The notes under the pieces were generated by a model. The model searched no databases, was not told the origin of the DNA, and worked only from the letters and a program-made list of their open reading frames with translations. A DNA stretch of 64,000 nucleotides from an uncultured Chloroflexia bacterium (GTDB taxonomy: Bacteria > Chloroflexota > UBA6077 > JACCZL01): contig CAVXYC010000001.1 of assembly GCA_963765765.1 (NCBI GenBank), forward strand, positions 1 through 64,000, written 5' to 3'. Positions 53,626 through 63,607 of the stretch are shown one piece after another. The position numbers were made by a program, and so were the translations under genes. Within the stretch, counting starts at the first letter, position 1; each line of letters opens with the position of its first letter.

Positions 53626-54918
53626 CTACGCAGGTACGATGATGCGGTCGCGCGCCAGGTCGATGACCCTGTCCAATGGGGCATCGTGGTCCACAAGGAT
53701 GGATGCCGAGCGCACTCGATATGCGCCGCCGTGACCGGGCGCCATTGGCTCATGTCCCTCCTGTAGGTCCCTCGCCAATTTGAGGAGCAGGCGGCGGAAG
53801 CCGATGATGGCCGTGTCCGATGTGCCCAGGTGCTCCTTGCTCCTGTCCACAATAGTGCCCATGGTCTCTTGTACGGCGCGATCTTCCGTCCCACTACCGA
53901 CAATGCCGGTGTAGGTCTGGGTGCGCTGCATCTCGCGATCGATCAGGTAGTCGTTGGCTTTGTTCCGAACCGGCTTGTAGCCAGGCTCGTTGTCCGCGAC
54001 GCCCTTGTGCCACATCCACCACTCGGTCTCTTCCTGCCTCAGTGGGCGATCGGGACTCCAGCTCACCGTATACGTCCAGCAATTTTCATCGTCGATCGGT
54101 ACCCAGGCATGTCCGGCATACGGCTCGCCGGGCTCAATGTGCGAGGGGATCGTGGTGTAGAAAGGTAAATACATTGGCGTGAGTCGCCAATAAAAGCCCT
54201 GATCCGGAATTGTGCGCCGAGCGCCAATGAAGAACCCGAACTCAGTGTGCGTGAACATGAACTTCGGGGATTTGTCGGCCGCCATGAGTCGGCCCTCAGC
54301 AGGCGCGCCCTTGATCCATGGCTGGGTGTGCTTCGCCCGCGCCTCGGGGTCCAACCAGCGATGCAGAAACGAGGCGTGGCTCGAGTCGATGCCACCCTCA
54401 ACGGCCTGGGCCCAGTTGCTTTCCTGGTAGTTCTTCCCAATGTAGCGATGGTTCTCCGGCACCAGCGCCCATTCCAGGTCTGGTAGCTCCGGCCGTCGCT
54501 CGCGCGGGCCCATGTAGGTCCAGATCACTCCACCGCGCTCTTCGCATGGATAGGCCGTGACCTTGACCTTGTGCTTGAAGTTGGATTCAGGCGGCTCGTT
54601 GGGCATGTCCACGCACGCGCCCGACGTGTCGAACTTCCAGCCGTGGTAGACACAGCGCAGACCTTCTTCTTCGTTACGGCCGAAGAAGAGCGAGGCGCCT
54701 CGGTGAGGACAGTTCTCAGCCACCAGGCCGACTGCGCCAGCGGAATCGCGATACGCGACGAGATTCTCACTCAGAAGGCGAACTCGCAGCGGCGCGCCAT
54801 CTCGCTCGGGAAGTTCTTCCGAGAGCGCAGCGGGGATCCAGAAGCGCCGCATGAGCTCGCCCATCGGCGTACCCGGTCCTACTCGGCTCAGCAGCTCACT
54901 ATCTTCTCGGCTCAGCAT
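53626..54918 (-). CDS. Rieske oxygenase alpha subunit (phthalate 4,5-dioxygenase/LigXa-like)
   Basis: CPHRGASL..CVYHGW Rieske motif; EGGIDSSHASFLH mononuclear Fe site. Confidence 0.92.
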   Translation of the reverse strand: MLSREDSELLSRVGPGTPMGELMRRFWIPAALSEELPERDGAPLRVRLLSENLVAYRDSAGAVGLVAENCPHRGASLFFGRNEEEGLRCVYHGWKFDTSGACVDMPNEPPESNFKHKVKVTAYPCEERGGVIWTYMGPRERRPELPDLEWALVPENHRYIGKNYQESNWAQAVEGGIDSSHASFLHRWLDPEARAKHTQPWIKGAPAEGRLMAADKSPKFMFTHTEFGFFIGARRTIPDQGFYWRLTPMYLPFYTTIPSHIEPGEPYAGHAWVPIDDENCWTYTVSWSPDRPLRQEETEWWMWHKGVADNEPGYKPVRNKANDYLIDREMQRTQTYTGIVGSGTEDRAVQETMGTIVDRSKEHLGTSDTAIIGFRRLLLKLARDLQEGHEPMAPGHGGAYRVRSASILVDHDAPLDRVIDLARDRIIVPA

Positions 54919-55037
54919 GGTTCCTCCCGATTGGCGCTTGTGTCAGCCCGTTCAAACTATGAAGGCAGTATAGGGACCGCCCGGTGAGTCAGCAATCGAG
55001 GCGCAGACGCCGTCTTCATGCAACGCAGCGGGTGAGG

Positions 55038-55149
55038 GTAGCACGGGCCCTTGTGGCCTGTGCCTGAAACGACCATCCAACGGATGAGGAATGGATCCGT
55101 GGACGCATCAGCACCCGTCCCAGGCACAGGCCACAAAGGCCCGTGCTAC
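55038..55149. repeat. GTAG-type REP doublet (REPIN-like)
   Basis: GTAGCACGGGCCCTTGTGGCCTGTGCCTG and near-identical inverted copy at 55121-55149. Confidence 0.75.
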
Positions 55150-55214
55150 GGGAGTCGTCCGTGCCCGTTCCGCTTCTGAACGCCAACGCCAAGACGCAAT
55201 ACGATGTGCGAAGA

Positions 55215-56012
55215 CTACTTCCACGTCCACGGCTGACAGATTTCGTGCACGAAGCCGGCGGGGTCGCGGAAGTACGCCCGGGCGCGGGCGCCGTCCTCCA
55301 GTCCGCGAGTCTCGGTGATGAACTGAGCTCCTCGAGCCTCCATGGCAGCACGGGCCGCCGGCACGTCCGCCACTTCGAAGCCCAGTACCAGGCCGCCTGT
55401 GACCTCGGCATGCGGGCTCCGCGCTCCAAACAGCTCCAGCGCTTCACCGCTGGGCAGCAGGAAATGAGCGAAGTCGCGCTCGGGATTGAGTCGGTAGGTC
55501 TCGAGGCCAAGCGTCTTTCCAAAGAACTCAACAGAGGCGCCATAGTCACGCGGTCGGATAGCCGCCCAGGGGAAACCATCGACGCGAGCGGCGATGCGCT
55601 CCGGGGGCGGATCAGCACCTTCGGGGACCGCGCCAGGCGCGCGGCGCCACTGCCATGGCTCCGAGATCTCGTAGAGATAGCCATCAGGATCGCTGAAGAA
55701 CGTCCAGACGCGGCCGCCCGGGGCTCCGAGGATGTCGGTCGTGAACTCCACGCCCTTCGATTCGAGCTCTGCCCGGGCTTCTCTTACGTTCTCCACGTCA
55801 AACGAGATCACGGGCCATTGCCAGCGGCGGGGATTCCCGTGCCCTGGACCGAAAATCTCGAACCCCTGCCCGGTTGGAAGCACCCAGATGGCGAGGTCTC
55901 GGCTTGCGTCCAGCTTGATCAGCCGCATGCCAAGGATCTCAGTGAAGAACTCGAGTGCGGGCTGAAATGCCGGCACTTGCATGCCGCACCAGGAGTAGCG
56001 AAGGAGGGTCAT
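55215..56012 (-). CDS. double-domain VOC/glyoxalase protein
   Basis: Two repeats FF..LG..LP.G..E.FG..F.V..V..ARA..E..G..F..F.DP.G..EI. Confidence 0.88.
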   Translation of the reverse strand: MTLLRYSWCGMQVPAFQPALEFFTEILGMRLIKLDASRDLAIWVLPTGQGFEIFGPGHGNPRRWQWPVISFDVENVREARAELESKGVEFTTDILGAPGGRVWTFFSDPDGYLYEISEPWQWRRAPGAVPEGADPPPERIAARVDGFPWAAIRPRDYGASVEFFGKTLGLETYRLNPERDFAHFLLPSGEALELFGARSPHAEVTGGLVLGFEVADVPAARAAMEARGAQFITETRGLEDGARARAYFRDPAGFVHEICQPWTWK

Positions 56013-56536
56013 GAGGATTTCTCGGACGCCTTAATCTCCTTCGCCACAGGAAAGATGTTCTTCCGCGGCGAATCCGCGCGCTTGTAGACCATGATGGTGC
56101 GCTTGAACTCGATCACGGTGGTACCGTCCTGCTTGAGACCACGGGTCTTGATGAACAGGATGCCAACGTTCGGGCGCGACTTCGATTCGCGCTTGTCTAA
56201 CACCTCTGTTTCCGAATAGAGCGTGTCGCCCGGATAGACGGGGGCGGGAAGGCGAACCTCGTCCCAGCCTAAGTTCGCGAAGGCGTTCTCGCTCACGTCG
56301 ATCACACTCATTCCCGTGACCAGCGCCAGCGTAAAGGCACTATTCACCAGCGTCTTCTCGTGCCCCATCTGCCTGGCGTATTCCACGTTGAAGTGGCTGG
56401 CGTTGGTATTCAGCGTCAGGTTGGTGAACCAGGCGTTATCCGTCTCGGTGACAGTTCGTCCGTACGGATGCTTGTAGATGTCGCCGACTTCGAAATCCTC
56501 GAAGTAGCGGCCCTCCCAGCCGGTCTTTATTGACAC
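56009..56536 (-). CDS. MaoC-family dehydratase
   Basis: GRYFEDFEVGD..RTVTETDN, NLGWDEVRLPAPVYPGDTLY. Confidence 0.9.
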   Translation of the reverse strand: MSIKTGWEGRYFEDFEVGDIYKHPYGRTVTETDNAWFTNLTLNTNASHFNVEYARQMGHEKTLVNSAFTLALVTGMSVIDVSENAFANLGWDEVRLPAPVYPGDTLYSETEVLDKRESKSRPNVGILFIKTRGLKQDGTTVIEFKRTIMVYKRADSPRKNIFPVAKEIKASEKSS

Positions 56537-56614
56537 GATAACTCTCCGTGATCAGTTGCAGGCAGCATACCCGACATCAGATCCGCGGAGGCTGTCGGGA
56601 GCTGTTGCCTGAAG

Positions 56615-57130
56615 CTAGCGGAGATGCGCCGCGCGATGGTCCACCACGTCGAACACGTGAATGCGGAATCGATCGTCCACCACGACGATCTCGCCACGGC
56701 CGACCATCGTTCCATTGATATAGAGGTCGCCCGGCTCCCCAGCCAGCTTGTTCAGATCCACTACAGGTCCAACTCGCAAACCCAGCACATCAGCCACCGT
56801 CAACCGCGTACGGCCCAGCTCGAGACATACCTGAATCGCGACGTCGCCGAGCATGTCCAGCGGTGAGCTCCCGACGTCCGCGCTGCCGGCACCAAGGGTT
56901 GGAATTGAACCGGCGCAACCTCTAGGACGGGCGCAGTGAACTGGCCAAGCTCATCGGCCTGTGCGTCACCGATGTCCATGTTGGGGTAGAAAGTCGTAGT
57001 GTTTGATGGGCTTGTGGCGCTCCGCGGAATCTGACGCGGCGGCCACTTGGACCGATGGAGATTCCGCCTCACCGGGGGCCGAGGCGAATAACGATTCGAT
57101 CTCGTCCTGTGAAAGCGTCCGATCTGCCAT
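56615..57130 (-). pseudogene. fliN: orphan flagellar switch remnant (FliM-like N-terminus + FliN/SpoA domain)
   Basis: MADRTLSQDEIESL, KHYDF, then VQFQPL and DVAIQVCLELGRT..LNKLAGEP.DLYING..GEIVVVDDRF; several frame breaks. Confidence 0.7.
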
Positions 57131-57311
57131 CAACAATTCCTTACTATGGTTGCAAGCTCGATCTGCGACCCCTCACATCGGCCCGGGGCTCGCTCCAGTG
57201 ACGGTAACGCCACAGCGCCAGCGTTGGTGAGTACCAGGCTGGGTCCATGAGCTGAGTCACCCGTACCGCGCTCGAAGGTACGCGTGTACCGAATGGATGA
57301 GGTTGGTATTG

Positions 57312-58082
57312 ATGTTCACTGGTGATTCGATTGATCGAATCCTTCCCACGCTTCGACCGACCCGACCGCTGGTGGGTCGTCAGCGCTGGCGCCGCTTGCT
57401 GTTTGCACACTGGACGGTGGACCCCGACGCACTGCGCAAGGTCGTCCCCAGGGAGCTGGAGCTGGATACCTTCCGGGGGCAGGCGTATGTGGGTATCGTC
57501 CCGTTCGAGATGCGCGCCATCCGAGGTGCTCGCACGCCGGCTGCGCTAGGCTTGAACTTCCTGGAGACCAACCTGCGTACGTACGTTCACCTGGATGGCC
57601 GCCATCCGGGCGTGTACTTCTTGTCGCTGGACGCGTCATCTCGTACCGCCGTAGCAGTGGCTCGTCATCAGTCCGGCCTTCCTTATTACCTGGCCCGCAT
57701 GTCGCTGGCCGACGAAGCTGGGGAAACGACGGCACGCTTGAGACGTATGACGACCTCTGCCCCGCGACTTCACATCCGCTACCAGGTCGGCGACTGGCTC
57801 GGGCCCTCACAACTGGGCACACTGCAGCATTTCCTACTCGAGAGATACCTCCTGCACGTCATGAGGCGTGGTGAGGTCTGGACGAAGCAGGTACATCACC
57901 AGCCATATCCCGCACGATGTGCCGCGGTACTGGAAGTGCGTGAGGAGCTATTCCGCGCCGCGGGACTGCCCGCGGCAGAAGGACTGCCAACCATCGCGCA
58001 CTATGCTGAAGGTGTGGACGTGGAAATCTTTGGTCCGTGGCGAAAGAACACTGGGGAGCATCCTGAAATGATCGCGCCGTGA
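57312..58082 (+). CDS. DUF2071 (YqjF-like) protein
   Basis: QRWRRLLFAHW, YVGIVPF, FLETNLRTYV, GVYFLSLDA, FLLERY. Confidence 0.9.
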   Translation: MFTGDSIDRILPTLRPTRPLVGRQRWRRLLFAHWTVDPDALRKVVPRELELDTFRGQAYVGIVPFEMRAIRGARTPAALGLNFLETNLRTYVHLDGRHPGVYFLSLDASSRTAVAVARHQSGLPYYLARMSLADEAGETTARLRRMTTSAPRLHIRYQVGDWLGPSQLGTLQHFLLERYLLHVMRRGEVWTKQVHHQPYPARCAAVLEVREELFRAAGLPAAEGLPTIAHYAEGVDVEIFGPWRKNTGEHPEMIAP

Positions 58083-58531
58083 AGCTGGCGGTGAGCGCGG
58101 ATGAGCGCACGCACTTGGTTGACGCTGTGCTATCGGAGCTGGAGGCTCGCGGCCATGAAGCAACGTACCTTGGACCGCCTGAGGGGGAAGAGCGCGATTG
58201 GCCGGAAGTGAGCGCTGCCGCGGCTGAGCTCGTCGTCAATGGTCAGGTAGACCAGGCCATCGTCATGTGCTGGACCGGCACGGGCGCAACCCTTGCGGCC
58301 AACAAGGTCCCGGGTGCTCGGGCAGCGCTCTGTCACGATGCAGAGACGGCTCGCGGCGCTCGCACCTGGAACGATGCCAATATCCTCGGGCTCAGTATGC
58401 GGTCCACATCCGAGCCGGTTGCAAAAGAGATCCTCGAAGCGTGGTTCAACACATCCTCGGGCACAGATGAATGGAATCAACGGCAGCTCCAGCACATCCG
58501 TGAGCTGGACGAGCGTTATCGTTCGCAATAG
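58079..58531 (+). CDS. RpiB/LacA/LacB sugar-phosphate isomerase family
   Basis: CWTGTG..AANKVPGARAALC, WNDANIL. Confidence 0.88.
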   Translation: MKLAVSADERTHLVDAVLSELEARGHEATYLGPPEGEERDWPEVSAAAAELVVNGQVDQAIVMCWTGTGATLAANKVPGARAALCHDAETARGARTWNDANILGLSMRSTSEPVAKEILEAWFNTSSGTDEWNQRQLQHIRELDERYRSQ

Positions 58532-58624
58532 CAGAGCCGCATCCCGTGAGGGTGCGGTTCCTCTCGCGATATCGGTTCCAGCGTGCTTCGTGGGGGAGCC
58601 GCACCCTCACGGGATGCGGCTCTG
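58532..58624. repeat. REP-like inverted doublet
   Basis: 30-bp inverted repeat (29/30) CAGAGCCGCATCCCGTGAGGGTGCGGYTCC. Confidence 0.8.
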
Positions 58625-58710
58625 GCTCGTTGCGGATCGTTTGCCAGAGACGAGTGCGGCCTGATGACAATGCCCCGTGGGACCCAGGATGGTCCGAACG
58701 GGAGGCCAGC

Positions 58711-58992
58711 GTGGCTACGTTCATTTTGTTGAGCACGCTCACCGATGATGGCGCCAAGACGATCCAGAAGAACCCGGGTCGCATTCGTGAAGTCAATCAG
58801 GAGCTGGAATCCATGGGCGTTCGCGTGTTGAGCCAATGGGCCACCATGGGCCCATATGACTTCGTCAATGTCGTGGAAGCGCAGGACAACGTCACGATGG
58901 CGCGCGTTTCTGCCATTCTGACTTCGCGTGGAACGATTCGTGTGATGACCATGCCTGCAATTCAGATCGACGATTTCATCGGATCGCCGTAA
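58711..58992 (+). CDS. GYD domain protein
   Basis: GGAGG RBS; LTDDG.KTI..P.R, TMGPYDFVNVVEA. Confidence 0.88.
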   Translation: MATFILLSTLTDDGAKTIQKNPGRIREVNQELESMGVRVLSQWATMGPYDFVNVVEAQDNVTMARVSAILTSRGTIRVMTMPAIQIDDFIGSP

Positions 58993-59147
58993 CTCCCGAC
59001 GACAGAGTACCGATGGTGGAGCCGGCGTAGACATTCAGGGGCCGCCCCGATTCTGGCACTCCGTAATCTCAACGCCTATCCTTGATTTGATGGGAAGCGA
59101 GCTGCCAATCTCGCGTCCCACACTTCACTCATTGGAGCTCGTCTCGC

Positions 59148-59918
59148 ATGCATCCCGCTGTGGCGTCCCTGTACGCGGGCGCACTGCAGTTCGCCGTTGG
59201 ACTCTTTATCGCCAACTGGCTCACCGATCTTCGCGGTGACGTAACAGCAGGATTTCTCCGCATCAACGCGATCACCGCGCTCTTTGGCGCGCTGGTGGCA
59301 CTGATGGTCGGTGGCAGCGTTGTGGGTCCTGAACGAACACTGGTGCAGGCCTTTGCGCTCGTCTCGGTGATCGTCTTCGTGCAGACCTGGCTGCGCAGAG
59401 GACGGGCTCGCCTGGTCTTGGGCGGTGTGCTGGCAACGATTGGCGTTGCCGCGCTTCTATTCAGCGCCGTCGATCGTCCAAGTCCGGTACTCGGCCCAGG
59501 TTGGACGTTGGTAGCCTCAATCATGAGCGCTCTGGCGCTGGGTGGGTCCATGAGTGCGTTGATCCTCGGACACTGGTATCTCGTGACGCCGCGTCTCACG
59601 TCGCGTCCGCTTAAGCTCCTATGCGACGTCACGATCATCTCGCTGGTGGTGCTGACCGGCTTTGCCACCTGGTATGTGGCGATGCATCCCGAGACCATCG
59701 TGCTGGGGCCGCGCGATCCGGTCCTGCTCTGGATCGGTCTTCTCGCCATCGGGGTGTTTCCGATTGGGGTGACCATCGCCGCGCGCCTCTGCTGCATCGA
59801 GTGGCCGCGCGGTCGTGCCCTGCAGGCGGCGACCGGTCTGCTTTACGTGGTTGCAACGCTGGTGCTTGCCGGAGCGCTGGCAGGGAACATGGTGGTGCTG
59901 GGCGGGACGACGGGTTAG
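59148..59918 (+). CDS. multi-pass membrane protein
   Basis: About 8 TM segments; LGHWYLVTP and QAATGLLY motifs. Confidence 0.75.
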   Translation: MHPAVASLYAGALQFAVGLFIANWLTDLRGDVTAGFLRINAITALFGALVALMVGGSVVGPERTLVQAFALVSVIVFVQTWLRRGRARLVLGGVLATIGVAALLFSAVDRPSPVLGPGWTLVASIMSALALGGSMSALILGHWYLVTPRLTSRPLKLLCDVTIISLVVLTGFATWYVAMHPETIVLGPRDPVLLWIGLLAIGVFPIGVTIAARLCCIEWPRGRALQAATGLLYVVATLVLAGALAGNMVVLGGTTG

Positions 59919-59927
59919 GGCCCTAGC

Positions 59928-60266
59928 TCACCCAGCGGCCAGATACCACACGCCAAATCCGGCAGCGCCAATGAGGAGCAGGTTATTGCTGCGGCGCCAG
60001 CTATAGAGCAGCGTCCGCGCCCAGCGATCTCCGAGCTCTTCGTGACCAACTTCCGGGGGGTCCTTGGGCACGTGCGCGAAGTGGCGACGTGCCCAGAATT
60101 CGGCGCCGTGTGAGACAACCGTAAACGTGCACCAGAGAATGAGCGCGGTGCCACGGCCCACCACCTCAGCCAGGATGACAGTGAGTAGGAGGATGATGAA
60201 GAGCTGAAACTCGAAGAAAAAGACCACTGAAACTCCGCTGAAGGCGGCACGGAGCCGCCCGGCCAT
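59928..60266 (-). CDS. small membrane protein
   Basis: Three hydrophobic segments. Confidence 0.55.
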   Translation of the reverse strand: MAGRLRAAFSGVSVVFFFEFQLFIILLLTVILAEVVGRGTALILWCTFTVVSHGAEFWARRHFAHVPKDPPEVGHEELGDRWARTLLYSWRRSNNLLLIGAAGFGVWYLAAG

Positions 60267-60323
60267 GCTATATCATGAGCCGCCCCGACACGGACTGACT
60301 CACTCACGCGGAGGCCCGGTACC

Positions 60324-60746
60324 ATGGCGGAAATCCACTCGGTTCGTCGACGAGCGATCTTGGGAATCGCCTTGCTAGGCGCGCTATTTCCGCTCGTTGT
60401 TCCGACACGGATCGGCCTGGCAAAAGAATTTGAAATGCAGGGGACGATCGATTGTGGGCTGCTCTCCGGCCAAAATTGCCCAATTCAGGACTTCATGACG
60501 CTGTATACGCCTGCGATAAGCGGTAAGAACGAGCCATACCTCTTCGACATGTCATGGATTCGGGGACAGCTCGAACAGGGACCGCAGCGTCAGGACGATT
60601 TGATCTGTCTTCTAATCGAGGAAGTGCCCGGTGTGGGATATCGCGGCCTAGCCGTCCGCGATCGATGTGAGGACGAGGTTCCCTCGGATAACGAGGAGAA
60701 TGACCGTCGTAAGCGTGAGCAAAAGGACGGCGCCGAGGTTCGCTAG
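60324..60746 (+). CDS. exported hypothetical protein (Tat-like signal, 4 Cys)
   Basis: GGAGG RBS, VRRRAIL signal peptide. Confidence 0.6.
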   Translation: MAEIHSVRRRAILGIALLGALFPLVVPTRIGLAKEFEMQGTIDCGLLSGQNCPIQDFMTLYTPAISGKNEPYLFDMSWIRGQLEQGPQRQDDLICLLIEEVPGVGYRGLAVRDRCEDEVPSDNEENDRRKREQKDGAEVR

Positions 60747-60772
60747 TCGCTGCATATCGACTACTGAAGTAC

Positions 60773-60808
60773 GTGCGGTGGCGTCGGCATTTGCCGACGC
60801 CACCGCAC
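60773..60808. terminator. hairpin between convergent genes
   Basis: GTGCGGTGGCGTCGGCA-TT-TGCCGACGCCACCGCAC. Confidence 0.75.
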
Positions 60809-60816
60809 CCCGGCTT

Positions 60817-63199
60817 CTAACTTTTTGACGCTTCCCGAATCAGCTCCCTAACGCGACGGGGATCTAGTGGCAAGTCAGTAACCGTCACCCCGAGAGGCGA
60901 GAGCGCATCGACCAATGCATTGGCGATAGCTCCGGCGGGCGCGACTGCTCCGCCCTCCCCCATGCCCTTGATCCCGCCCAGCAGCACTGGCGATGGAGAC
61001 TCTAGATGATCGATCTCAACGTGCGGAATCTCCATGGCACCTGGAACGAGATAGTCCAGGAATGACCCGGTCATAAGCTGACCTTGCTCGTCGTAGGCGA
61101 GGTGCTCGTACATGGTGCTGCCGATACCCTGGGCGATTCCGCCATGCACCTGGCCTTCCACGATCATCGGGTTGATCACTGCGCCGCAGTCTTCGGCTAC
61201 CACGTAGCGAAGGATATCGAGCTTGCCCGTTTCAGGATCCACCTCCACCGCCACGGCGTGGCAGGCGTTCGAGAAACCGCCTGTACCGACTCCCGCCGTG
61301 TAGCGCTGGGTCGACTCCAAGCCGGGCTCTTCGCCGGGCGGCAAGCGATCGCACTGGATGATAGATGCGTAGGCAATGTCACGAATAGCGACCGAGCGCT
61401 CAGGCGCCCCCTTCACAGACGCCTGTCCTGCACTCAGCGTAATGTCTTCCGCGCTCGCCTCCAGCCAGTGAGAGGCAATTCGGCGCATCTTGTCCGCCAC
61501 TGCGCGCGAGGCCATGATTGTGGCGCCCCCCGACATGACGGCACTGCGGCTGGCGAACGTGCCAAACCCGTACGGGGACAGATCGGTGTCGCCCTGCATG
61601 ACGGCAATGTCAGCCACATCAATACCAAGCTCATCCGCGGCGATCTGAGCCAGCGTCGTGGCGTGTCCCTGACCATGGGAATGCGTGGCTGCAAACAGCA
61701 GCGCGGTGCCCGATGGATCGAAGCGAATGGCCACTGGCTCGTAACCCATATTCACGGTGCTGCCGCGTTTTCCGTATTCAACGGCGCCATTTCCCGTCTG
61801 CTCCGTGAAGGCGCACAGTCCAATGCCAAGGTAGCGACCCACTTTGCGAGCCTCTGACTGCTCCCGACGGAATCCCTCGTAGTCGAGCGTATCGAGTGCG
61901 GTACGCAAGGCTTCATGGTAGCTGCCGCTGTCGTAAACCATGCCCGTGGCGGATGTGTACGGGAAGTCATGTTCCCGAATGTAGTTCCGACGACGGACCT
62001 CAGCCGGATCCAGATTCAGGCGCCGGGCAATCTCGTCGACCGTGCGTTCCAGGCTGAAGAACGCCGACGTGCGCGCCACGCCGCGATATGGCCCCAGCGG
62101 CGTCTTATTTGTGGCCACAGCGTGAGCCGTATACGCGTAATTCTGGATGCGGTACAGACCGGGCAGTATGGCTGAGGCCATACGCGGCTCAATGGTGCTG
62201 GTCCAGGGCCACACGGAATACGCGCCGGCATCCACAATGATGGTGGCGCGCAATCCGGTGATGACTCCATCGCTAGTGACAGCCGCTTCAACATAGTGCA
62301 CATGGTCACGCGCGTGCGCGCTGGCCACGAAATGCTCACGGCGATCTTCCTGCCAGAGAACGGATGTGCCCAACGCCGTTGCAGCGAAAGCCACAGCCAC
62401 CTCGTCGGGATAGAGATTGCCCTTGATGCCGAAGCCACCCCCCACGTCCGGAGAGATCACACGGATGCGCCGCTCCGGGATTCCCAGACACTCAGACAGG
62501 CCGGTGCGCAGGAGGTGTGGCGTCTGATGTGATGCCCACATCGTCAACTCCTGGCGGGCAGGCTGGTACTCGGCGAGGCAGGCGCGCGTCTCCATGGGAA
62601 TACCCGTGTGCCGCTGAGTGCTGAAGCGATTGGTAACCACTAGGTCAGCGTCGCGGAAGGCTGCTTCCGGCTCACCCGCCCGAAGCTCGCGTGTGATGAA
62701 GACGTTGGACGCGTGTTCGTCGAATAACCGCGAACTAGCTGCGTCCATGGCCCGCTCAACGTCCACCACCGCCGGGAGCTCGTCATAGCTTACGTCCACC
62801 AGCTCGGCGGCATCTTCGGCGATATAGCGAGTGTCGGCCACGACCAACGCCACCGTCTCACCCACGTAGCGAACCTTTTCCTCTGCCAGAACAGGAAAGT
62901 CCGTTTCCATAAAACCGGGGTAATTGGATGTGGCGTGAATTGGAGCGACGTGACCTTTGATGTCGCGCGCCGTGTAGATTGCTCGCACGCCGGGTACCGC
63001 CAGCGCGGCCGAGACATCGATGCTACGCACAATCGCGTGAGCATAGGGACTGCGCACAAACGTTGCGTGGAGGGACGCGACAGCATGCAGGTCGCCCACA
63101 TAGCGGGCTTGGCCGAGCAGAAAGCGCGGATCCTCCACGCGTTTGACGCTGGCGCCGAAGAATTTCGGGATAGCCGAATCAGGGTGCGTCAGAGGTCAA
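60817..63199 (-). CDS. xanthine dehydrogenase-family molybdopterin-binding subunit (CoxL form II-like); start approximate
   Basis: KRVEDPRFLLG, DVGGGFGIK, PYRGVAR, SHGQGH.T, GTFASRS, KGMGEGG. Confidence 0.92.
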
Positions 63200-63429
63200 T
63201 CCAGGCTACGAGACGTGTCGCGATTGTAGCAGCCGGTGAAACAGCCGATGATCGATTGGGAGTCTAAGAGCAAACGCAATCGCGGCACCGATGGCCTCAC
63301 GATCACGTCACATTTCAGGCGGACACCCAGATGGGCGATCCCAGTAGCCCTTTCGGGCCGTGTGGGATGAGGCATTTCTCCAGATACTTAGCCCGACGAG
63401 TTTGGAGCAACACAAGCGCATACCCTGCC

Positions 63430-63510
63430 TTCGCGAGAAGGGCAAACCGGACGTAAGCTTGGGACGCAAAGCCGTGGGTCTGCCTTAGGTGGCAGCCAGG
63501 CTACGAACGG
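63430..63510 (+). ncRNA. c-di-GMP-I (GEMM) riboswitch
   Basis: AGGGCAAACC..GTAA..GGGACGCAAAGCC..GGGTCT..GGCAGCCAGGCTAC matches the GEMM consensus. Confidence 0.82.
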
Positions 63511-63607
63511 AGGCGCACGGATCGTCAGATCCACTCCAGCAAGGCGGGGACAGTCATCACACCGTGGAGCGGGCCGGGAACTCGCTCCAAAGGGGGAGTA
63601 CTGATCC

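Noticed and set aside
60817-63199. Bona fide aerobic CO dehydrogenase CoxL
   Set aside because: The active-site loop reads PYRGVAR rather than the form I AYxCSFR, and no coxM/coxS is adjacent.
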